Shown here piece after piece: positions 8,291 through 15,510 of a DNA stretch of 46,656 nucleotides. The translations under genes and the position numbers were made by a program. This stretch comes from Chloroflexota bacterium. Its GTDB lineage: Bacteria > Chloroflexota > Dehalococcoidia > DSTF01 > JACRBR01. Location: assembly GCA_016213125.1 (NCBI GenBank), contig JACRBR010000202.1, positions 1 to 46,656 on the forward strand, written 5' to 3'. The notes beneath the pieces are model-generated. The model saw nothing but the letters and a program-made list of their open reading frames with translations, was not told where the DNA came from and did not search any database. Positions within the stretch are counted from its first letter, which is position 1. Each line of letters opens with the position of its first letter.

Positions 8291-8353
8291 CGCGCCTGCC
8301 CCCCGCGCTCCGTCGCAGATTCAGCCGCCGCGTTCAGAAAGACGAAAAATCGA

Positions 8354-9502
8354 TCAAACGGCCCCGCGCTCGGCGCCGCGCTCCCGCTCGACCAGCCGCC
8401 GCTCGTAGATCAGCCGCTCGTAGTACGAGAGCACCCGCTGCGACACACGGTCCCATCGGAAGTGCTGCGCCCGGTCCCGGCCGTGGGCCACCATCTGGCC
8501 GCAGCGCGCCGGATCCCGCAGCAGCTCGATCAGCGCGTCCGCCAGCGCCTGCGGGTCCTCCGGCTGCACCAGCAGCCCCTCCACCCCGTGCGTCAGCACC
8601 CCCGCGAACCCGTCGATGTTCGACGCCACGATGGGCAGCCCCGCCGCCATTGCCTCCAGCAGCACGATCCCCTGGCTTTCGAACCCGGTGTTCGGCGCGC
8701 AGAACACGTGCGCGCTGTGGTGGTATCGCGGCAGTTCGTCGAACGGCACGTAGCTCCGGAAGTGCACGTCGTGCAGCTTCGCCCGCCGCACCGCGCCTTC
8801 CCAGCGGTCGAACTTCCCTGCCCCCACAACGATGAGACGGCTGTCCGGTATCGCCCGCTGCACCCCCACGAACGCGCGGATCAGGTACCGCAGCCCCTTC
8901 CGCTTCTCCGGCCGCCCCACGAACAGCACGTTCTTCTTGCCGTCCATGAACTCCGGCAGCGGCGCCACGTCCTGCGCGAAGTGCTCTACGTCCACTCCGT
9001 TTGGGATCACGTTGTAGTACCCCGGGAAGTACTGCTCGATGTGCTTCACCGCCGCCGACGACACGGCGATCTTGCCGTCCAGCTTCGTCTGCCAGCGTTT
9101 GATCAACCGCCTTCCGTACACGTAGAAGAAGTTGGACTCCCGCGCCGCGTGCCACGTCCCCACGTTCACCGTCGTCGAGTACCGCAGGAACTGGATCGGA
9201 AGCTGCGGCATGAACGGCTCGTGCACGTGCACGATGTCGAACCCTTCCTCCAGCACCGCCTTCACCTTCCCCGCCGTCCGGAGCGACAGCGTGATCCGCG
9301 CGATCGACCCGCTCACCCGCAGCGGGATCGGCCGCCCGATGATCGTGATGGGACAGACGTCGCTGTGGGCCTCGCCCACCCCCGGCGCGATGATGTGCGG
9401 CTGATGACCCAACCCCACGAACTGCTCTGCCAGGTGCGCGATGTGGTTGTTCACCCCCCCGCTCACCGCCCAGTCGTACGGCGACACCAGCGCGATCTTC
9501 AT
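8354..9502 (-). CDS. pimA: GT4 glycosyltransferase, PimA-like (candidate phosphatidylinositol alpha-mannosyltransferase)
   Basis: 382 aa. As I recall it, mycobacterial PimA is colinear: MKIALVSPYDWAVSGGVNNHIAHLAE, DIVHVHEPFMPQL, IPNGVDVEHFA, VLFVGRPEKRKG, and the E-x7-E region FESQGIVLLEAMAAGLPIVAS. ATGA overlap with the upstream PHP gene. The neighbourhood contains ino1 and PatA-type acyltransferases. Confidence 0.7.
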   Translation of the reverse strand: MKIALVSPYDWAVSGGVNNHIAHLAEQFVGLGHQPHIIAPGVGEAHSDVCPITIIGRPIPLRVSGSIARITLSLRTAGKVKAVLEEGFDIVHVHEPFMPQLPIQFLRYSTTVNVGTWHAARESNFFYVYGRRLIKRWQTKLDGKIAVSSAAVKHIEQYFPGYYNVIPNGVDVEHFAQDVAPLPEFMDGKKNVLFVGRPEKRKGLRYLIRAFVGVQRAIPDSRLIVVGAGKFDRWEGAVRRAKLHDVHFRSYVPFDELPRYHHSAHVFCAPNTGFESQGIVLLEAMAAGLPIVASNIDGFAGVLTHGVEGLLVQPEDPQALADALIELLRDPARCGQMVAHGRDRAQHFRWDRVSQRVLSYYERLIYERRLVERERGAERGAV

Positions 9503-10293
9503 CGCTCGCCTGCCTTAGGCCCGTCCGCTTTCGGACGCTGCGGCACGTGGCTGACGATGAAGCTGCGGATCGTCGGCGCCCACCCCATGTTCCGGGGCGT
9601 CGCCATCATCCCCCGCCACGACTGTACGGCGATGTTTCGGTACCCCAGCTCAGACATCCGGGGCGCCCGGCCGGCTTCGCCGGATGTCGCCTTCGTCTCG
9701 ATCGCCCGTCGCAGGTCGGCTGCCGTGCGCCCCTCGAATACCGTCCGCGCGCTCCCCACCGCCGCGAGGAAGTGCGCGTCGCTACAACCCACGGCCGCCA
9801 GGTGGAATCGGTCCCGGTTCAACGCGCGCGCCCGCGCGGATGTTACCCGCCCGGCCGGGCTCATGTTGTACTCCTCGATCGCGTCGAAGTACACGCCATC
9901 GTTTCCCTTGGCGGCGGCAACCCGGTCCAGCACGCGCGTCTTGACGCTCCGCGTCAGCCACGACAGCGGATGCGGCACGATTGCGATGCCCCCCTGGGTG
10001 TGGATGGCCTCCAGAGTGGGCTCCATGCGCCTGAAGCTCGGGATCGGCTCGTCGACGAACAGCGCCACGAGATGTCCGTCCAGCGTGGTCACCTCGATGC
10101 CGCAGATCACGTCGAACGAGTACGCGCGCCGCGCGTGCAGCTCCCGCGCCTCGTCAGCCGCCCCCAATGTGTCGTGTTCCGTCACCGCGATGACGTCGAG
10201 GGTGCCCATCCTCGCGACGTGGTCCAGCAGTTCCGGCACGGTGGCCATGCCGTCGCCGTACCGGGTGTGTGTATGGAGATCGGCCGTTCCCAT
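9499..10293 (-). CDS. PHP-domain metal-dependent phosphoesterase
   Basis: N-terminal DLHTHTRYGDG and VIAVTEHD motifs typical of the PHP (polymerase/histidinol phosphatase) fold. 264 aa. Its stop overlaps the pimA-like start (ATGA at 9499-9502). Confidence 0.85.
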   Translation of the reverse strand: MGTADLHTHTRYGDGMATVPELLDHVARMGTLDVIAVTEHDTLGAADEARELHARRAYSFDVICGIEVTTLDGHLVALFVDEPIPSFRRMEPTLEAIHTQGGIAIVPHPLSWLTRSVKTRVLDRVAAAKGNDGVYFDAIEEYNMSPAGRVTSARARALNRDRFHLAAVGCSDAHFLAAVGSARTVFEGRTAADLRRAIETKATSGEAGRAPRMSELGYRNIAVQSWRGMMATPRNMGWAPTIRSFIVSHVPQRPKADGPKAGER

Positions 10294-10568
10294 GGTTGCC
10301 CATTGTAAGCCGAAGCATCGGCTGACCGGCGGTCGCCCATATAAGCGGCAAATCTCCGTACCCGGGCGTCCGGGATTTCCGTAGTCCCCACGATCCGGTC
10401 ACCTTCCGCCGCTGCGAAACTTGGCATGAAGGAGCGCCAGCGGCGGGAGTGAAGGGAGAAAGGATGGCAAATACCGCAGACCCGGCCGGTCCTCATCCCA
10501 GCGGGTGAGTGCCTCAGAAGCACCAGAGGAAAATAGACCAGCCAGGGGCTGGAAGAAGGAGCGAACAA

Positions 10569-11069
10569 ATGAGTCACCGTTCGACCGAGTTGGCCAATCA
10601 ACTGGAACAGGCCGTCGCCGAGTTCGGCAAGACGATACAAGGGTGCTCGGATGAGGCGTGGGCCGCGGCCTCCGACGCCGAGGGCTGGACCGTCGCCCAA
10701 CTGGCGCAGCACGTGGCCGGCCAGTTCCCGCTCGAGATGGAGTTCATAACCGCGGCGGCCGAAGGCAATCCGTTGCCCCCGTATACCTGGGACGACATCA
10801 ACAGCAGAAACGACGGCCGCGCGGGGCGCAATATCACGGCGGCCAAGGCGGATGTCCTGCGGGAGCTGGGATCGAACGCGGCCGTCACCGCGGCCTATCT
10901 GCGCGCGCTGACCGACGAGCAGCTTGACCATGCAGCGCCGCTGGGGCTCGCGGACGGCGCGATCGTCACCACGCAGCAGCTCATCGAAGGCGGAGTCTTG
11001 ATCGCCCATGTGACGGGGCACCTCGAGTGCATCCGAACCGCAAAGGTGCCGACGGGCGCTCGGCGGTAG
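10569..11069 (+). CDS. DinB-family protein (DinB_2 / putative thiol-dependent transferase fold)
   Basis: ATG at 10569 preceded by aaggag (10553-10558). Four-helix-bundle-like sequence with His positions (QHVAGQ, HVTGHLE) typical of the DinB/YfiT superfamily. Confidence 0.7.
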   Translation: MSHRSTELANQLEQAVAEFGKTIQGCSDEAWAAASDAEGWTVAQLAQHVAGQFPLEMEFITAAAEGNPLPPYTWDDINSRNDGRAGRNITAAKADVLRELGSNAAVTAAYLRALTDEQLDHAAPLGLADGAIVTTQQLIEGGVLIAHVTGHLECIRTAKVPTGARR

Positions 11070-11084
11070 CCAGTGCATCACGCA

Positions 11085-11116
11085 GCCGGCGGGCGGAACG
11101 CGTTCCGCCCGCCGGC
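11085..11116 (+). terminator. Perfect 32-nt palindrome (candidate terminator/attenuator between the DinB and PIG-L genes)
   Basis: gccggcgggcggaacg|cgttccgcccgccggc, a 16-bp perfect GC-rich stem starting 16 nt after the DinB stop. No T-tract follows. The track ORF start (GTG 11073) would place it inside a coding region, so I prefer the downstream GTG at 11136. Confidence 0.55.
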
Positions 11117-11135
11117 TCAGTCAGAGGGCGGTCAC

Positions 11136-11978
11136 GTGGAAGAGCTCAGTGCGAAACGTCGAGATACGAGGCTGAAGTTGCTGTGCGTCCTCGCCCATCC
11201 CGATGACGAGTCGCTCGCCATGGGGGGCATCCTGGCAAAGTACGGCGCGGAGGGCATCGAGACTTTCCTCGTTACCGCCACGCGTGGAGAGCGGGGTTGG
11301 TTTGGGCCTCCGGATGAGTATCCGGGACCAGCAGCGCTCGGCGAGATCCGCGAGCGAGAGTTGCGCGAGGCGGCGACAGTACTGGGTATCCGGCAGGTGG
11401 TCTTGCTCGATTATCTGGACGGCGAAGTCGCCGGGGCCGACCAGGGCCAGTTGGTGCGGGACATCGCGGGGCACGTCCGGCGCATCCGGCCCGACGTCGT
11501 CGCCACATTCGACCACAACGGCATCTACGGCCATCCGGACCACATCGCCGTGACGCGGGCCACAACGGCGGCCATGGTCGCAGCTGCTGTCTCGAGCTTT
11601 GATACCGGTACGGGAGATGCCCCGCATACCGTATCGAAGCTGTACCACTTTGCCTGGACGCAGGAGGTCCGGGAGGCGTTCGAGCGAGCGTTTGGTGAAC
11701 TCCGCATGGAGATCGACGGCGCGGAGCGAGAGGCAGTCCCCTGGCCCCATTGGGCGGTGTCCACCTGGGTCGATACGTCCGCGTACTGGGAAGGCGTGTG
11801 GGAGGCGATCAGGTGCCATCGATCCCAGCTACCCGGATACCAGAAACTACTGGATCTGCCACCGGAGTATCACACTACGCTTTGGGGACGGCTCACATTT
11901 CACCGCGCGTACACGCTGGTTCCAACGAACGATAAGGAAGAAGACCTCTTCGACGGCCTCCGGGAAAGGAGAGCGTGA
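11136..11978 (+). CDS. PIG-L / LmbE family N-acetylglucosaminyl deacetylase
   Basis: Zn-binding motifs AHPDDE and GHPDHIAV. Preferred GTG start at 11136 behind gaggg (11124-11128). The TGA stop (11976-11978) overlaps the start of the decarboxylase. Confidence 0.85.
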   Translation: MEELSAKRRDTRLKLLCVLAHPDDESLAMGGILAKYGAEGIETFLVTATRGERGWFGPPDEYPGPAALGEIRERELREAATVLGIRQVVLLDYLDGEVAGADQGQLVRDIAGHVRRIRPDVVATFDHNGIYGHPDHIAVTRATTAAMVAAAVSSFDTGTGDAPHTVSKLYHFAWTQEVREAFERAFGELRMEIDGAEREAVPWPHWAVSTWVDTSAYWEGVWEAIRCHRSQLPGYQKLLDLPPEYHTTLWGRLTFHRAYTLVPTNDKEEDLFDGLRERRA

Positions 11979-13504
11979 TGAGCAACCGGCTGCAGGAACT
12001 ACGCCGAGCCGTCGAGCACCAACCGCCGGGGTTCGATTGGGACGCCCGGCAGTGGCGCGAACAAGGGTCGCGCCTGTTGGAGATCGTAGCGTCAGCCTCA
12101 ACCGGCTGGGACACGCGACGTCCATCGCCAGCGGATCTGGATGGTGTGCTCGGACTGTTTGATGGGCTGGTGCCGAGCGGTGGCGCGTCCTTCGAGGAGC
12201 TGATGCAGCGACTGGAGCACGACGTCCTGCCCGCGAGCGCATACAACGGTCATCGTCGCTGGCTCGCATACATCATGGGCGCCCCGACGCCGATCTCGGT
12301 GCTCGGCGCGTTTGCGGCGGCGGCGCTGAACCAGAACACCGGCCTCTGGCGGGTGGCTCCCTCGGCGACGGCTATTGAACTGCAGACACTGCGATGGGTC
12401 GCGGAGATGCTGGGGCTGCCCCAGACGACGGAAGGCATCTTCGTGAGCGGCGGGCAGATGGCAAATATCGTCGCCCACGCGGTGCTCCGTGACGCAAAGA
12501 CGCCGTGGGACACGCGCCGATTCGGAATGCGCGGCCCGGAAGGCAGCGCGCCGCGGGTACGCATCTACGCCAGTAGCGAGCTGCACTATTGCCACGAGCA
12601 GGCGGCCGAGTTGCTCGGCATGGGGCGCGAGGCCGTGCGCAAGGTGCCCGCAGATGATCAGTACAGGATGCGCGTTGATGCGCTTGTCCAGATGATCGCA
12701 GAGGACAGGGCCCGCGGCGACGTGCCGATCGCCATCGTCGGGACCGCGGGAACGGTAGGCACGGGCGCGATCGATCCGCTGGAGCAGCTGTCCGAAGTTG
12801 CCCGCCGCGAGGACCTCTGGCTGCATATCGATGGAGCCTACGGCGCTTTTGCCGCGATGGCCGACTCCTCTCCGCCCGAGCTGCGTGCACTGGCTGCCGC
12901 GGACTCGATTGCGTGTGATCCGCACAAATGGCTCTTTTCCGCGATCGACGCCGGCATCGTCCTTGTCCGCGAGCCGGGGAGACTCGAGCGCTCGTTCTCG
13001 TTCCACGCCTCGTACCTGGAGACGGCGGCAAGTGGCGCGCAGATCGATCTGCTCGAACGATCACCGGAGAACTCGAGGCCGTTGCGCGCACTCAAGGTCT
13101 GGCTTGCGATCCAGGCGTTCGGCCGCGACGGCTACGCCGCGATGATCGACCACAACATCCGCCTCGCGGCGTATCTGGAGGAACTGGTGCGGACGACGGC
13201 GGGCCTGGAGCTCGCCGCGCCGCGACGCCTGTCCATCGTGTGCTGGCGAGTCCATCCCGCAGGTGTGGGGGCCGAGGCGTTGGACACGCTGCAAACCAGC
13301 GTGATCGCGGAGCTGGAGCGGCGCGGCATCGCGATGATCTCGAACGTGCGGCTGCGCGACGGTCACGCTGCGCTTCGCGCGTGCATCACCAACTTCCGGA
13401 CCAGTGCCGAGGATGTGGAGGACATTGTGCGGTCGAGCGCCGAACTCGGCGCCGAGATCGCGGCGAACGGGAGCGAGGCGGCCACCAAGGCTTCAAGGTC
13501 GTAA
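11978..13504 (+). CDS. Group II PLP-dependent amino-acid decarboxylase
   Basis: HIDGAYGAF and the PLP-lysine motif DPHKW. About 508 aa. ATG 11978 (or GTG 11975) behind ggaaaggagag. Start overlaps the PIG-L stop (GTGATG). Confidence 0.85.
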   Translation: MSNRLQELRRAVEHQPPGFDWDARQWREQGSRLLEIVASASTGWDTRRPSPADLDGVLGLFDGLVPSGGASFEELMQRLEHDVLPASAYNGHRRWLAYIMGAPTPISVLGAFAAAALNQNTGLWRVAPSATAIELQTLRWVAEMLGLPQTTEGIFVSGGQMANIVAHAVLRDAKTPWDTRRFGMRGPEGSAPRVRIYASSELHYCHEQAAELLGMGREAVRKVPADDQYRMRVDALVQMIAEDRARGDVPIAIVGTAGTVGTGAIDPLEQLSEVARREDLWLHIDGAYGAFAAMADSSPPELRALAAADSIACDPHKWLFSAIDAGIVLVREPGRLERSFSFHASYLETAASGAQIDLLERSPENSRPLRALKVWLAIQAFGRDGYAAMIDHNIRLAAYLEELVRTTAGLELAAPRRLSIVCWRVHPAGVGAEALDTLQTSVIAELERRGIAMISNVRLRDGHAALRACITNFRTSAEDVEDIVRSSAELGAEIAANGSEAATKASRS

Positions 13505-13560
13505 CCCTGTCAGATGCCCGGTACAGGCACAGAGCTAAGGTTGCGATCGGGTGGATGCTG

Positions 13561-14451
13561 TCAGTCGGGCCAGATCTTCTCCAGGACGCTCCACTGCCCC
13601 GGATCCTTCCTCAGTGCGATCTCGAACAGGTCGAGCAGCCGCTGCGAGTTGACCCGCACGTCCTCGTCGTGGTTACCGGAGCGAATCAGCTCCATGGGCG
13701 GACCGATGTCTGCGCGGATCTTGAATCCATCCGTGCGATACACCCAGCCCGGGAGAAGAATCGAGTTGGTGCGAAGCGCGAGATCCGCGGCCCCCGTAGG
13801 GAACTTCGCGTTCGCGCCGCAGAGTTCCAACTCGATGCCGCGCTTCTGGATGTCGCGGTCGATCAGGATGCAGAGGATGCCACCGTTTCGCAGCCAGGTC
13901 ATCGCCTCTTTGATCGCCCGGAAGCTCACGGGCTCATAGCGGTGGCCATGCTTGATGCGCAGGCCGCGCATGAGCCGATCCAGCTCCGGCGGGTGCAGCG
14001 GCTCCACCAGCGCGAACACGTGGAGGCCGATGCCCGCGAGCGCCTGCGCGGCGAACTCCGGGTTCGCGTAGTGAGCGGATGCCAGGACGACGCCCTGCCC
14101 GCGGGACTGCGCTTCCCGGATGTACTCCAGGCCACGCATATCCAGCTCTCTCTCGTAGAAAGTCTTCGTGTCCATGCCGAGCAGGCCGACGATGTCCGCG
14201 TAGTAACGTCCCGTGTTGCGGGCACAGGCACGTCCCAGGCGGTCGATCTCTTCCTCGGTAGCGCCCGGTCCAAGGACATGCCGCATATTGCTTCGGACGT
14301 TGTCGCGGATCGACCGTCGCCAATCATAGATGCGGTCGCTGGCGAACCGCGAGATCGCATACCTCCAGTTAAGCGGCATGGCCCCGATCGTGTGGATCAC
14401 CAACCACATCAGGTAGTACTTCCACTTGCTGCGGCGGGGCAAGAGACTCAT
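13561..14451 (-). CDS. Lysophospholipid/lipid A-type acyltransferase (HtrB/LpxL/PatA family), paralog 2
   Basis: 296 aa. N-terminal membrane anchor. Active-site region VVLASAHYANPE (H-x4-E variant of H-x4-D). ILIDRD and FPTGAADLALRT segments typical of the LABLAT family. Confidence 0.8.
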   Translation of the reverse strand: MSLLPRRSKWKYYLMWLVIHTIGAMPLNWRYAISRFASDRIYDWRRSIRDNVRSNMRHVLGPGATEEEIDRLGRACARNTGRYYADIVGLLGMDTKTFYERELDMRGLEYIREAQSRGQGVVLASAHYANPEFAAQALAGIGLHVFALVEPLHPPELDRLMRGLRIKHGHRYEPVSFRAIKEAMTWLRNGGILCILIDRDIQKRGIELELCGANAKFPTGAADLALRTNSILLPGWVYRTDGFKIRADIGPPMELIRSGNHDEDVRVNSQRLLDLFEIALRKDPGQWSVLEKIWPD

Positions 14452-14454
14452 CGA

Positions 14455-15339
14455 TTATGCGCCAGCGGCCCAGAGGCGGCGGAAGATGAACCACTGGTGT
14501 GGGTGCTCCCGGATTGTGGGTTCCATCGAATGCATGATGCGCAACGTGAGTTCGTGTACATCGGCCTGTTCATCTCCGGTCGGCTTGAAGTCGCGCAGGC
14601 TCGTATCGATGATAGGGTGGATGACGAGGTCATCCTGGGGGCCCCGAAGCACGACGGCGGGGACGACCCACGCGCCCGTTCGCAGGGCGATACGGGCCGC
14701 CGCCGGCGACACGAGGGCAGGTGCGCCAAAGAAGTCAACCCGGATTCCGTCCTCCTCCGAAACGATGTCTACCAGCATCGCCAGCATTTCACCCTTGCGC
14801 AACGCCTTGAACACCGTCGGGCCGACGCGGCCCCCCCCGATGACCCTCATGCCGAGCTTCACGCGCGAACCCTGGACCAGTTCGTTCATCGGCTGGTACC
14901 GGAAGGTCTCGGCAATGGCGTTCACCGGGTACCCGAACGCCGCAAGCGCGGCCGCGCCCAGATCCCAGTTGCCGAAGTGCAGCGTCGCGATAATCACCCC
15001 TCGGCCCGAATCGGCGGCCTGGTTCAGTTCATCCCACTGGTCGAAGCGAAGGCGTTCCTGGATCTCGTTCCGTGTCAGAGCCGGGTAGTGGATGAAGTCG
15101 ATGACGTACTTGCCGAAGTTACCGAACGAGCGCCGCGCGACGGAATCGACGAACCTGGCGTCGTCGCTTTGCAGTACGTGCGCCAGGTTTGCGTTCAGCG
15201 CCCTGCGGTGGCGGGGGAAGATGACCCAGTAGCAGAGGACGGCGACGCGCTCTGCGACCCAGTAGCCGGCTCGCAGCGGGAACGGCCTCGCCAGGAGGAT
15301 CGTCAGGCGGAAGAGCCAGTAGACCGTCCTGTCGAGCAC
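14455..15339 (-). CDS. Lysophospholipid/lipid A-type acyltransferase (HtrB/LpxL/PatA family), paralog 1
   Basis: 294 aa with a GTG start. Canonical H-x4-D motif in IIATLHFGNWD, plus MLVD and FFGAPALVSPAAARIALRTG. Ends 3 nt before the start of the paralog. Confidence 0.8.
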   Translation of the reverse strand: MLDRTVYWLFRLTILLARPFPLRAGYWVAERVAVLCYWVIFPRHRRALNANLAHVLQSDDARFVDSVARRSFGNFGKYVIDFIHYPALTRNEIQERLRFDQWDELNQAADSGRGVIIATLHFGNWDLGAAALAAFGYPVNAIAETFRYQPMNELVQGSRVKLGMRVIGGGRVGPTVFKALRKGEMLAMLVDIVSEEDGIRVDFFGAPALVSPAAARIALRTGAWVVPAVVLRGPQDDLVIHPIIDTSLRDFKPTGDEQADVHELTLRIMHSMEPTIREHPHQWFIFRRLWAAGA

Positions 15340-15510
15340 CTTGCCTCATCGTCCGGCGATAACGTCTTCCAGCCGAATGTAGCACCACTTCCTCCCCAGG
15401 AGCCACGCAGTGGTTCGGGGACCGGAAGTTCATATCGCCCGCGGCTGGTCCGTAGTCAGGGCGCGAGGTGCCCGCCCGGGCCTTCGACAACGTCCCCAAC
15501 GCGGTGGTCG

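Noticed and set aside
8005-8408. ORFs 8005-8277 (-) and 8073-8408 (+) in the large intergenic gap
   Set aside because: Their translations are dominated by reiterated LIGLI / QSNQSN strings that simply mirror the CAATCAA DNA repeats. There is no SD and the composition is atypical. I treated the region as non-coding.
8354-9502. Reading the GT4 as MshA/BshA (thiol biosynthesis), given the nearby PIG-L, DinB and ino1 genes
   Set aside because: The N-terminal and central motifs align much better with what I recall of PimA (PY..GGV..H..LAE, HxHEP, IPNGVD) than with MshA or BshA N-termini. I kept this only as an alternative to test.
8462-10384. 640-aa plus-strand ORF opposite the pimA-like and PHP genes
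   Set aside because: Antisense shadow ORF. Composition is low-complexity Arg/Pro/His-rich with no motifs, whereas the minus-strand genes carry clear GT4 and PHP signatures.
10420-10510. Two mini-ORFs (MKERQRRE*, MANTADPAGPHPSG*) in the PHP/DinB divergent region as possible leader peptides
   Set aside because: They are too short to evaluate, with no associated attenuator structure or regulatory codon run. They could easily arise by chance.
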